Shown here: positions 1 through 8,657 of the stretch, one piece after another
Layout: every line of letters starts with the position of its first letter
Numbering within the stretch: the first letter of the stretch is position 1
From: an uncultured Dysgonomonadaceae bacterium
GTDB taxonomy: Bacteria > Bacteroidota > Bacteroidia > Bacteroidales > Dysgonomonadaceae
Reading direction: 5' to 3'
DNA length: 46,260 nucleotides
Assembly: GCA_964542545.1 (NCBI GenBank)
Contig: CAZIUT010000001.1
Location: 1 to 46,260, forward strand
Position numbers and translations under genes: made by a program
The notes under the pieces: model-generated
What the model was told of the DNA's origin: nothing
Database searches by the model: none
Seen by the model: the letters and a program-made list of their open reading frames with translations, nothing else

Positions 1-1034
1 TGAATAAATATATAAGCGAGAGTGGTTTGTGCTCTCGTAGAGAAGCTGATAGGTTCATTGAATTGAAAAATGTAACTATCAATGGAAAGACTGCAGTTTT
101 GGGCGACCGTGTTGGGCCCAAAGACAAAGTAAGGGTGAATGGTATTTTGGTGGAGCCGCGCGCAAAAGAGGATGAAATATACATTCTTTTCAACAAGCCT
201 GTGGGCATTACTAGTACAACCGACTCATCGGACAAAGACAATATAATTGACTATATCAGATATGGCGAGCGCATTTTTCCTGTGGGAAGATTAGATAAAG
301 ATTCGCAAGGTTTGATTATTCTTACCAGCAATGGTGATATTGTGAATCAAATTCTTCGTGCGGGCAACCAAAACGAAAAGGAGTATGTGGTAACAGTAGA
401 CCGACCCATTACAGATAAATTTATTGAAGGGATGGCTTCTGGTGTTCCTATTTTAGGTGTAAATACTAAGAAATGTAAGATACATGCCGAGTCGAAGTTT
501 GTTTTCAGAATTACCTTGATTCAAGGAATGAACAGACAAATTAGAAGAATGTGTGAATACTTTGGCTACGATGTGCTGAAGCTTGAGCGTGTTCGTATTA
601 TGAACTTGAGTTTGAAAGGAATTCCGATAGGCGATTATCGTGAGATGAAGCCAGTAGAGTTGGCGGAGTTAAAAGAGATGATTAGATTCTCTGAAAAAAC
701 TAAAGATCCGCTTAAAATGACAAAGACTCCAGGATTGAAAGATGCTGAGAGATCAATGCACATTGCCCGTAGTCTTCAGCGCAAAACAGCTCCTACTGAT
801 GAGGAAGCTATCAAAACACATAAAAAAATATCTCCAATAGTAAATCCTAAAAGCAAGTCTAATAGGAAGAATGCTACTCCTAAAAGAGGAGGGGAGTCAT
901 TTAAAGGTAGAGGTACAGGTGGGGGAAGACCGGGAGGTGGTCGTCCGGGCGGAGGACGTGCTGGTGGCAAGCCAGGTGGACGTGGCAAGCCAGGTGGACG
1001 TGGCAAAGCTGGTGGTAGAGGTGGTAAGAGATAG
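1..1034 (+). CDS. rluF: 23S rRNA pseudouridine synthase, RluF-like; 5' end lies upstream of the window; Gly/Arg/Pro-rich C-terminal tail
   Basis: The frame is open from nt 3 ([19 protein letters not shown], the start of an S4 domain), so the TTG at 27 is internal and the true start is a few codons upstream. [12 protein letters not shown] catalytic-Asp motif and [13 protein letters not shown] match the RsuA/RluF family. Stop TAG at 1032-1034. Confidence 0.9.
   Translation, partial: NKYISESGLCSRREADRFIELKNVTINGKTAVLGDRVGPKDKVRVNGILVEPRAKEDEIYILFNKPVGITSTTDSSDKDNIIDYIRYGERIFPVGRLDKDSQGLIILTSNGDIVNQILRAGNQNEKEYVVTVDRPITDKFIEGMASGVPILGVNTKKCKIHAESKFVFRITLIQGMNRQIRRMCEYFGYDVLKLERVRIMNLSLKGIPIGDYREMKPVELAELKEMIRFSEKTKDPLKMTKTPGLKDAERSMHIARSLQRKTAPTDEEAIKTHKKISPIVNPKSKSNRKNATPKRGGESFKGRGTGGGRPGGGRPGGGRAGGKPGGRGKPGGRGKAGGRGGKR
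966..1019 (+). repeat. 18-nt in-frame tandem repeat: two perfect copies plus one degenerate copy, encoding GKPGGR units
   Basis: ggcaagccaggtggacgt at 966-983 is repeated exactly at 984-1001. A degenerate third copy, ggcaaagctggtggtaga, is at 1002-1019. This is a locally GC-rich patch in an AT-rich window. Confidence 0.85.
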
Positions 1035-1086
1035 ATAGAATCTTCTTAACTTTACATTGAAGATTTTAAAACTCACTTAGATATAT

Positions 1087-1130
1087 AATCGCCCCTATTT
1101 TGTGTTGTTAAGCACAAAATAGGGGCGATT
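1087..1130. terminator. Perfect 18-bp hairpin between convergent genes; likely bidirectional terminator
   Basis: aatcgcccctattttgtg (1087-1104) is the exact reverse complement of cacaaaataggggcgatt (1113-1130), with an 8-nt loop. It sits between the rluF stop (1034) and the stop of the minus-strand LLM gene (1185). Flanks are AT-rich but there is no long U tract. Confidence 0.6.
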
Positions 1131-1184
1131 ATTTAATTACTATTTATTACTATCATTGATAGCATCTTTGACAGTTGTGCAAGA

Positions 1185-2201
1185 TTACTTCAATTTAAAA
1201 GCTGAAGACAATAATTCATATGAACGAAGTCGTGCTTGATGGTCTGTCATCATGTCTTGAATAATAATTTCATCCACTGAAAGATCTTTTCCCAATTGGG
1301 TTAACTGTTGATGTACTTGCTCAGGATTTCCTGCAATGAATCTGGGAGGTATTCCTGAGCCAGGAGCATATTTTCCAATGGTTGGTAGTCCACCTAGTTC
1401 TTTGATTGCATCATCTGGTGTGGGTAAAGGAATGTCTATAATACCTTTTGAAAGATTTCTATACATTACACGCACAGGAGCAGTTTGTCTGTGTGCTTCT
1501 TCTTCGGTATCAGCACACACTACATGAACCGCAAGTGATACTTGAGGAGATTTTATTCCACTTGGTGTATCAGATGGTTTAAAGTCTGATCGGTAGCTAT
1601 TGATTATTTCAGGTGTCCCTTTTTGATTGATAAATCCTGCAAATACATAACGCAGACCTAAATGCGATGCGGCAGATGCACTCCAAGAACTAGACCCTAG
1701 CAAGTGTAATTCTGGTAAGCTATCAATGGTATGTATGCGGGTTGCGGCAAATGGATGATCTCCAGGGAAACTATTATCGAGCCAGGCTGTCAACTCTAAT
1801 ATTTGTTGATTAGAATCACTCTGAAATTGCTTGCTTCTATCTTGTTGTAGAGCAAAGTCTGTTGTTGGACCTGTTGTTGCTCTGCCAATACCCATGTCTA
1901 TTCTGTTAGGATAAAGTTCGTTGAGTGTGCAAAAAGTTTCCACCACCTTAAAAGGGCTATAATGATTGAGTAAAACAGAGCCTGACCCTACTTTAATGGT
2001 GGAGGTTTTTGCTGCTACAGCAGCAATCATAATCTCAGGAGCGCGTCCAGCAATTGAAGCGCTTCCATGATGTTCAGCAAACCAGATTCTTTTAAAACCT
2101 AATTTTTCTATATGTTGAGCAACTTCTATGCTGTTCATTAAAGTTTGATGTCTGGTCTGTCCTGGAATTACGGTTGATAAATCTACAAGTGATAATTTCA
2201 T
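1185..2201 (-). CDS. LLM-class flavin-dependent oxidoreductase (luciferase-like monooxygenase, YhbW/MsnO8-like)
   Basis: 338-aa ORF. The N-terminus MKLSLVDLSTV...FKRIWFAEHHGS...LNHYSPFKVVETF...IDMGIGRA is typical of luciferase-like monooxygenase family proteins. Confidence 0.8.
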   Translation of the reverse strand: MKLSLVDLSTVIPGQTRHQTLMNSIEVAQHIEKLGFKRIWFAEHHGSASIAGRAPEIMIAAVAAKTSTIKVGSGSVLLNHYSPFKVVETFCTLNELYPNRIDMGIGRATTGPTTDFALQQDRSKQFQSDSNQQILELTAWLDNSFPGDHPFAATRIHTIDSLPELHLLGSSSWSASAASHLGLRYVFAGFINQKGTPEIINSYRSDFKPSDTPSGIKSPQVSLAVHVVCADTEEEAHRQTAPVRVMYRNLSKGIIDIPLPTPDDAIKELGGLPTIGKYAPGSGIPPRFIAGNPEQVHQQLTQLGKDLSVDEIIIQDMMTDHQARLRSYELLSSAFKLK

Positions 2202-2341
2202 ATTCTAACTCTTCTTTATGTCTTGAATTAATGTAAAATTCTTATTTAATTAATACGTGGATACTCACATATAACAAATGAGGTGCAAATAGTTCATTTA
2301 AAATACTATAGACCCAAAAGAAAACTAGTTTATAATTCTTT

Positions 2342-3778
2342 CTATTGTAGCTCTCTTTTCTTGCCTTTAGCCAATTTCTTCAACATACCTCCAAATATAA
2401 TGCCATGTACTGGGAGTAAAAAATACCAATACATTCTACCTAATAATCCTAGTGGGCGAAAGGTAGCAGTTTGTATTAGCTCATTGCCAACAATTTTAAA
2501 TTCTAACCAAGCCTCTCCAGGCACTTTCATTTCGGCAAATAGTAGTAGGCGACCATTTGCTTTATCAGCAAAGAGCACCCTCCAGAAGTCTAGTGCATCG
2601 CCTGTGTTCAGGGTGTTAGGATTTGTACGCCCACGTCTGAGACCAACACCGCCCACAAACTTATCCATCACACCACGTATTTGCCACAAACCATCGGCAT
2701 AGTACCATCCGTTTGCACCACCAATGCTCCATATTCTATTAATGCAATCTTCGCGCTTGTCAAACGTGGTTTTGCGTGAATCGGTGAGGCAGCCAAATTG
2801 TGGGAAATTGATGAAATCGGAAATATTTATATTTATACCACTGCTCACATAAGCATCTTTCCAACTAGAAACTATCTCATTGTTTTCTATCTTGCTAAAT
2901 GCGCGTTTCAGAGATTCTTGATAACTCATAGGCTCAATATCAAGCATATACTTAATAGCTGTGTCTCTACACACTACTTCAACTTTCATGCTGTCTACTA
3001 AAGATACGGCCAACTTGTAGGATGTAGAGGTTACAAAGTATAACCAATAAGAGGATAGGCGAGGGGTCATGACAGGAACAATGTATATACGCCTTGATAA
3101 TTTGCGTGCTTTGCTAAAGCCCAATAGCATGTTTTTATAATTGAGTATATCAGGACCTCCAATGTCGAAACTTTGATTAAATGTTTGCTCATTAAATAAA
3201 GCTTTTGATAAGAATGCAATCACATCGGCAATGGCTATGGGTTGGCATTTTGTTTGAAGCCACTTGGGGGCAACCATTATAGGTAGCTTTTCTACTAAAT
3301 CGCGAATAATCTCAAATGAGGCACTTCCGGAGCCAATAATGATGCCAGCACGTAGTGTAGTAAAATTATAGTTTCCTTTGCCCAACTCTATTTCCACATT
3401 TTTTCTAGAAGCTAGATGTGTAGAGAGGTTGTTATCGTTGATTATTCCGCTCAAATATATTACATGCTTTATATTGGTCTGCATCATAGCATTTCTGAAA
3501 TTAACTGCGCTTTCATGCTCCAGTTTTTCATATTTGGTGCTTGCAGACATGGAGTGTACAAGATAATATGCACCATCTATATCTATGGGGATATTACTCA
3601 ACGTAGTTTTGTCTAATAAATCTAATTGGATGATGGAGATGTTTTTCTTTAGAGATTCTGGCGGATTAAATCGGTTGAGGTCTCTTACACAACACACCAC
3701 ATGGTGTCCTGCTTCTACCAAAACAGGTAGAAGTCTTTTGCCAATGTAGCCTGTAGCACCGGTAAGTAATATTTTCAT
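2342..3778 (-). CDS. NAD(P)-binding SDR/NmrA-like oxidoreductase fused to a C-terminal DUF2867-like domain
   Basis: 478-aa ORF. N-terminal Rossmann motif MKILLTGATGYIGKRL. The long C-terminal extension (WYYADGLWQIRGVMDKFVGGVGLRRGR) resembles DUF2867. Confidence 0.75.
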   Translation of the reverse strand: MKILLTGATGYIGKRLLPVLVEAGHHVVCCVRDLNRFNPPESLKKNISIIQLDLLDKTTLSNIPIDIDGAYYLVHSMSASTKYEKLEHESAVNFRNAMMQTNIKHVIYLSGIINDNNLSTHLASRKNVEIELGKGNYNFTTLRAGIIIGSGSASFEIIRDLVEKLPIMVAPKWLQTKCQPIAIADVIAFLSKALFNEQTFNQSFDIGGPDILNYKNMLLGFSKARKLSRRIYIVPVMTPRLSSYWLYFVTSTSYKLAVSLVDSMKVEVVCRDTAIKYMLDIEPMSYQESLKRAFSKIENNEIVSSWKDAYVSSGININISDFINFPQFGCLTDSRKTTFDKREDCINRIWSIGGANGWYYADGLWQIRGVMDKFVGGVGLRRGRTNPNTLNTGDALDFWRVLFADKANGRLLLFAEMKVPGEAWLEFKIVGNELIQTATFRPLGLLGRMYWYFLLPVHGIIFGGMLKKLAKGKKRELQ

Positions 3779-3842
3779 ATTGCAATATTTGTTAGGTGTG
3801 TTATGTGAGAAAAGAATGATTTTGTCTGTTTTGTTTTTCTAG

Positions 3843-4541
3843 CTATTTCTTAATGGTTGAATATCCTACATCCACATGTATAACTTGGCCAGTAATCCAA
3901 ATGGCTTTATCTGACAATAAAAATTCAGCCATATTAGCAATATCAGCTGCTTCACCGTTTCTCTTTAGCGGATTATTTGCAGCATTGGCCTCTTTTTTTC
4001 GTCAGTGCTGAGGAGGTTTGCAGCAAGGGGAGTATCTGTTAAAGATGGAGCAATACAATTTACTCTAATCTTTGGAGAAAACTCTGCTGCTAATGCTCTT
4101 GTAAAACCCTCTATTGCGCCTTTAGATGCCGAGACTTGTGAATGGTAATGAAACCCATTTTGTACAGCAATCGTAGAATACAAAACAATAGAGGCTTTGC
4201 CCCTTTAGCGCAGTTTTGCAAACTGAGATTGAATCACCTTTATGGCTCCTACTACTTGCAGGTTGTAATCATCCATAAAATCATTGGGAGTTATTCTTCC
4301 GAAAGGGCGCAAGTTGATAGAGCCTGGACAATAAGCAATTCCATCTAGCGTATCTGATAAGAAATCGAGGGTTAATGTTTCGTCTAGCACATTTAACTGA
4401 TGATAGGAGAGTGAATTGTTGGTGGTACTTGCTTCTGTACTGTTATATGTTCCGTACACCCTGTTTCCTGATTCAACTAATTGAGTGGCCAATTGTTCCC
4501 CCGATGCCTGAAGAAGCTCTTATTATTAGGTAGTTTGCCAT
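3843..4541 (-). pseudogene. Decayed classical short-chain dehydrogenase/reductase (three disruptions)
   Basis: SDR-like sequence is split over three reading segments. (1) ATG at 4539-4541 gives MANYLIIRASSGIG, then a frameshift at the C5 run 4498-4502; removing one base restores GIGEQLATQLVES. (2) In-frame TAA at 4202-4204, before GKASIVLYSTIAVQNGFHYHSQVSASKGAIEG (the YxxxK region is present as SASK). (3) Frameshift at the T7 run 3993-3999; the other frame continues [42 protein letters not shown] to a stop at 3843-3845. The TGxxxGxG motif reads IRASSGIG. Confidence 0.8.
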
Positions 4542-4637
4542 GTTGTATAGTTTTTTTTGTTTATAGTTTGCTTTCTATTATTTAACAAACTACTTGTAAA
4601 GGTTGTTCTTTTTATTGTGGGAAAAGATAAAGGGTTC

Positions 4638-6245
4638 TTAGAAATCTTCTCTAATAATCTCCTCCATGCAGTACTCAGCCAGAGCTGTAATAGTAAGAAA
4701 AGGATTCACCCCAATAGAGGCCGGGACCAATGCGCCATCGGTTACATACAGATTCTCATACCCTTTAACACGTCCAAACAGGTCAGTTGTTTTCCCTAAA
4801 ACAGATCCTCCCAGTGGATGATAGCAAATATCTGCGCCATAAGCATTCTTCCAGAGTAAACTAGCTGGAGTACCACCATTGACTTTAATCATCTTTTTAA
4901 TAAAAAACTTAGCATTTTCGATGGTGTGTTCGTAGTTTTCTTTCTCCCAATGGATATCTATTCTGTCTTTCTTTTCATTATAGGATATACGACCAGGGGT
5001 TGGTACTTTGTTTATAACCAAATAGAGTGCTGTATATACTTCCATACCCATGGGTAGTGGTGATATTTCTGCAAAGAAAGCATTGTCTTTATCGTTCCAA
5101 TTATCTACACCTGCCACAGGGATTGTAGATTGCTTAGTTCCCGTACCTGGTTGATAATTATCTCCAGAATCTTTTTCAACGCGATTAAAAAGAGTATTCA
5201 CCATATTTCGCCCAGTCATGATATTGCCATTGTTACCCCAGAAACTACCAAGACTATGATCAAAATTGTTGAGTTGAGCTTTTGTTTGCGATGCTAAAAG
5301 TAGTTGTGTAGTGCCTAAGCTTCCTCCGTTGAGGAATAGTTTCTTACAAGCAATAGTCTTTTTTGCTATCGTATCTCCATCACTATCAATAATATCAACA
5401 AAGACTTTGTATCCTGTATTGGTCTTTTCAAAGTAGATAGCTTTGTGCATATCTTTGATTGTCAACAGGCCTGTATCTTTTGCTTTTTTCAAATAAGTCT
5501 TGTCTACACTCTTTTTGCCATAGTTGTTGCCATAGATAACTTCTTTTGCTAGAGCCGACTTGGGCACATCGCCCGCTTCCTCCTTTTTCATATAGTCGAA
5601 AGAATATACATTGGGAACTCTTACAGTTTTAAATCCTGCTTTGTGTGCTTCGTTTTCTCCTACTCTTGCAAACTTATAATAGTCTGATTCTTGATAATAT
5701 TCGTCTGAAATTTCATTTACTTCCAATTCCTTTTTCGCCAAAGGAAAGTAGGTGCTCCAAAATACTTCGGTGTTGAGATCAGGAAATATTTCACGGAAAT
5801 ATTCTTTCTGAGGCTGTACTGCCATACCTCCATTCACTAATGAGCCTCCACCAACTCCACGTCCTGCATATACTTTTACATTGTCGAAGTCCATTCTATC
5901 AAGCACTCCAGTAAACTTTTTGCTAAAAGAAGCAATATTCATCATGGGTGCTTGTGTCTTTTTGTTGAGCCAAGTAGAATTACTTTTGGGAGTAATTAAG
6001 TTGGAGAAAGGTTTATATTTACCATTGTCCTTTTCCCAATCTAGGCCCATTTCAATCATCATCACTTTGTGTCCTGCTTTGGTTAGCCTGAGAGCTGCAA
6101 CTGCCCCGCCGTATCCTGAGCCAATAATAAGATTATCTACTGCTTCATTCATTACTTTCAATTTAAAGTTGTTGCCAAATGCTTTAGATACTAATATACC
6201 TGCACTTAAAGCGGTTGCTGTTTTTAAAAATCTTCTTCTTTCCAC
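4638..6245 (-). CDS. GMC-family FAD oxidoreductase (cholesterol-oxidase-like) with twin-arginine signal peptide
   Basis: 535 aa. N-terminus MERRRFLKTATALSAGILVSKAFG is a Tat-type signal. FAD-binding motif IIGSGYGGAVAALRL. The C-terminal HPLGG motif is typical of GMC oxidoreductases. Confidence 0.8.
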   Translation of the reverse strand: MERRRFLKTATALSAGILVSKAFGNNFKLKVMNEAVDNLIIGSGYGGAVAALRLTKAGHKVMMIEMGLDWEKDNGKYKPFSNLITPKSNSTWLNKKTQAPMMNIASFSKKFTGVLDRMDFDNVKVYAGRGVGGGSLVNGGMAVQPQKEYFREIFPDLNTEVFWSTYFPLAKKELEVNEISDEYYQESDYYKFARVGENEAHKAGFKTVRVPNVYSFDYMKKEEAGDVPKSALAKEVIYGNNYGKKSVDKTYLKKAKDTGLLTIKDMHKAIYFEKTNTGYKVFVDIIDSDGDTIAKKTIACKKLFLNGGSLGTTQLLLASQTKAQLNNFDHSLGSFWGNNGNIMTGRNMVNTLFNRVEKDSGDNYQPGTGTKQSTIPVAGVDNWNDKDNAFFAEISPLPMGMEVYTALYLVINKVPTPGRISYNEKKDRIDIHWEKENYEHTIENAKFFIKKMIKVNGGTPASLLWKNAYGADICYHPLGGSVLGKTTDLFGRVKGYENLYVTDGALVPASIGVNPFLTITALAEYCMEEIIREDF

Positions 6246-6271
6246 ACTAGTTCAATTTAGAGTATATTATC

Positions 6272-7342
6272 TTAAGGTTTTGCTCTTTTATACTGATTGG
6301 GCCATTCTATATCTTCTCCCAATTTATCGGCAGCCATTAAGGCAAAATAAGGGTTGCGCAACATCTCTCGTCCTAGAAGGATAAGATCAGCTTTGCCTTC
6401 CTGTAATATCTCTTCTGCCTGCTGTACATCTGTTATTAAACCAACTGCTCCTGTGGCAATATTTACTTTGCTCTTTATTTGAGCAGCAAAAGGTACTTGG
6501 TAATTTTTCTCAGCTAGTACTTGTTGCTCTTTTATTACTCCACCGGATGAGCAATCAATTAGATCAATACCACTTTCTTTCAATAGCTTTGCTACTTTCA
6601 CAGAATCTTCAATTGTATGTCCATCTTCTGCCCATTCATGAGCCGATATTCTTACAAGTAGTGGCATTTCATTAGGAATTACTTTATGTATTGCACGTGT
6701 TACCTCTAATAATAAGCGAACACGATTTTCAAAGCTTCCTCCGTATTCATCGGTTCTTATATTGGTAAGCGGCGACAAAAACTGATTGATTAGATATCCA
6801 TGCGCTGCATGAATTTCTATGGTGTCGAACTGTGCTTCAACTGATCGTTTTGCACCCGCTACAAAATCATCGATAACTTTTTGTATTTCATCTGTAGTTA
6901 ACTCTTTTGGTGGATTATCATCTTCATTAAAAGGAATAGGGGAAGGTGCTACTGTTTGCCATCCTCTATTTGTAACATCTACTTGGTATCTGCCCTCCCA
7001 TGGTGGAGCAGTGCTTGCCTTTCTTCCAGCATGTGCCAATTGAATTGCCGATTTAGCACCTTGTTCTCTGATGAAAGATGTGATTCGTTTCAATGGCTTT
7101 ATATGTTTGTCTGCCCATATACCTAAGTCATTGGGAGATATTCTTCCTTCAGGCGAAACTGCTACGGCTTCTGTCATAATGAGCCCAGCACCGCCAACGG
7201 CACGCGATCCGAGATGTACTAAATGCCAATCGTTGGCCATGCCATCTACTGAACTGTACTGGCACATAGGCGAAACAACTATTCTATTGTGAAGGGTAAG
7301 ACCTTTAAGTTTTATTGGTGAGTAAAGTAATGATTTTGACAT
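6272..7342 (-). CDS. NADH:flavin oxidoreductase, Old Yellow Enzyme family (NamA/YqjM-like)
   Basis: SPMCQYSS, HLVHLGSRAVGGAGL and HAAHGYLINQFLSPLTN motifs. I place the start at the internal ATG 7340-7342 (MSKSLLYSPIKLKGL). The 17 extra N-terminal residues of the longest ORF (to 7393) do not look like part of the family. Confidence 0.85.
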   Translation of the reverse strand: MSKSLLYSPIKLKGLTLHNRIVVSPMCQYSSVDGMANDWHLVHLGSRAVGGAGLIMTEAVAVSPEGRISPNDLGIWADKHIKPLKRITSFIREQGAKSAIQLAHAGRKASTAPPWEGRYQVDVTNRGWQTVAPSPIPFNEDDNPPKELTTDEIQKVIDDFVAGAKRSVEAQFDTIEIHAAHGYLINQFLSPLTNIRTDEYGGSFENRVRLLLEVTRAIHKVIPNEMPLLVRISAHEWAEDGHTIEDSVKVAKLLKESGIDLIDCSSGGVIKEQQVLAEKNYQVPFAAQIKSKVNIATGAVGLITDVQQAEEILQEGKADLILLGREMLRNPYFALMAADKLGEDIEWPNQYKRAKP

Positions 7343-7376
7343 AAGTGTATGTAAGGTGTGTTTTGTTATATATATT

Positions 7377-7419
7377 AAAAAAGGGCATGTCAAACGGAAA
7401 GCTGTCTGATATGCCTTTT
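7377..7419 (-). terminator. Hairpin plus U tract downstream of the iron-ADH gene
   Basis: ggcat (7384-7388) pairs with atgcc (7411-7415), and flanking A/T runs extend the stem. On the minus strand the stem is followed by T6 (A run 7377-7382). It lies 58 nt after the stop at 7477. Confidence 0.5.
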
Positions 7420-7476
7420 CTATTATCTGTTATCTGTTATTGTTTGTGAGCGATCAATTGAATGTTTTCTAAAAAT

Positions 7477-8637
7477 TTAATAGCTCATTTCAACTATTTT
7501 TCTAGCATCTTCGGGTTTCAGCGATCTGTGTTCACCCAGTCCAATCCATCTTCTTTTTGTGAATCGTTTAGCTATCTCTTCGGCTGTCCCCAAATATTTG
7601 TCGGTATATTCAGACAGTTTTGTTTTAATTCCTAAAGAGTGGAAAAACTCTTCGGTCTTTTGTATAGCAACTTTTGCCTTTTCGTCTTCAGTTCCTTCTG
7701 ACACATTCCAAACACGTTCGGCATATTGAGCCAACTTGGTTTTTTTTGTTTTAATGTTGTATTGAAAGTGACTAGGTGCTAAAATAGCCAATGTGCGTGC
7801 ATGATCTATTCCGAATAGGGCTGTTAATTCGTGTCCCATCATATGTACAGCCCAGTCTTCTGGCACTCCTTTGCTGATTAATCCATTAAGAGCCATAGTG
7901 CAACTCCACATATAGTTGGATGCTGCTTTGTAGTCCGATGGATCTTTCATAATGGCAGGTGCTACTTCAATTAATGTTTGGAGAATAGCCTCAGCTAATC
8001 TATCTTGTAGAAGCCCCCCCATGGAATAGGTCATGTATTGTTCCATTACGTGCATAAAAGCATCGGCAACTCCGTTTGCTAATTGGTGTTGAGGAATAGA
8101 TTTTACAACTTCAGGATCAAGTATTGAGAATTGTGGAAAATATATAGGTCCGCCTGATGATAGTTTCTCCTTTGTTTCTTCTCGTGTAATTACAAAGCCT
8201 GCATTCATTTCTGAGCCTGTTGCAGGTAGTGTCAACACCGTCCCAAATGGCATTCCTTTATCCACAGTTTTACCTTTGGTTAATATCTCCCAAGGGTCCT
8301 TTCCATCATAGTAGGCTGCACCGGCTAGGAACTTTGTTCCATCAATTACCGAGCCTCCACCAACTGCAAGCAAGAAATCTATCTTTTCTTTTTTAATTAC
8401 TTTCAAAGCTTCCATCAGTACACTGTACTCAGGATTGGGGGGGATACCCCCAAACTCTACCACTTTGTATTTTGATAACGCACTCATCACTTGTTTGTAC
8501 ACGCCGTTTTTCTTAATGCTTCCACCGCCGTAGAGTAAAAGTACGTTTGCACCTTTCGGAACTTCTTGTGAAAGCTTCTTTATTTGCCCTTTGCCAAAAA
8601 GGATTTTGGTGGGGTTTTTAAATTCGAAGTTGTTCAT
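7477..8637 (-). CDS. Iron-containing alcohol dehydrogenase (YqhD / butanol dehydrogenase-like)
   Basis: 386 aa. MNNFEFKNPTKILFGKGQI, LLLYGGGSIKKNG and AVGGGSVIDGTKF are typical group-III Fe-ADH motifs. Confidence 0.85.
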   Translation of the reverse strand: MNNFEFKNPTKILFGKGQIKKLSQEVPKGANVLLLYGGGSIKKNGVYKQVMSALSKYKVVEFGGIPPNPEYSVLMEALKVIKKEKIDFLLAVGGGSVIDGTKFLAGAAYYDGKDPWEILTKGKTVDKGMPFGTVLTLPATGSEMNAGFVITREETKEKLSSGGPIYFPQFSILDPEVVKSIPQHQLANGVADAFMHVMEQYMTYSMGGLLQDRLAEAILQTLIEVAPAIMKDPSDYKAASNYMWSCTMALNGLISKGVPEDWAVHMMGHELTALFGIDHARTLAILAPSHFQYNIKTKKTKLAQYAERVWNVSEGTEDEKAKVAIQKTEEFFHSLGIKTKLSEYTDKYLGTAEEIAKRFTKRRWIGLGEHRSLKPEDARKIVEMSY

Positions 8638-8657
8638 TGTATGTTTTTTTGTTGAGT

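Noticed and set aside
776-1006. 76-aa Pro-rich ORF on the minus strand ([15 protein letters not shown]...)
   Set aside because: It is the antisense reading of the GC-rich Gly/Arg repeat tail of rluF. Its low-complexity composition is a direct consequence of the sense-strand repeats.
2283-2702. 139-aa plus-strand ORF overlapping the 3' end of the SDR/DUF2867 gene
   Set aside because: It lies entirely antisense to a well-supported 478-aa gene. It is Ser/Pro/Leu-rich with no recognisable motif, which is typical of a shadow ORF.
5881-6384. 167-aa plus-strand ORF spanning the GMC/OYE junction
   Set aside because: It is antisense to two motif-supported genes and crosses their intergenic gap. The composition is not protein-like.
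7441-7458. ttgtgagcgatcaattg upstream of the OYE gene, and ttgtgacttacagtga near 20013, as Rex operators (TTGTGAnnnnnnTCACAA-like)
   Set aside because: Only one half-site matches in each case and the second half is poor. I cannot support a Rex box from sequence alone.
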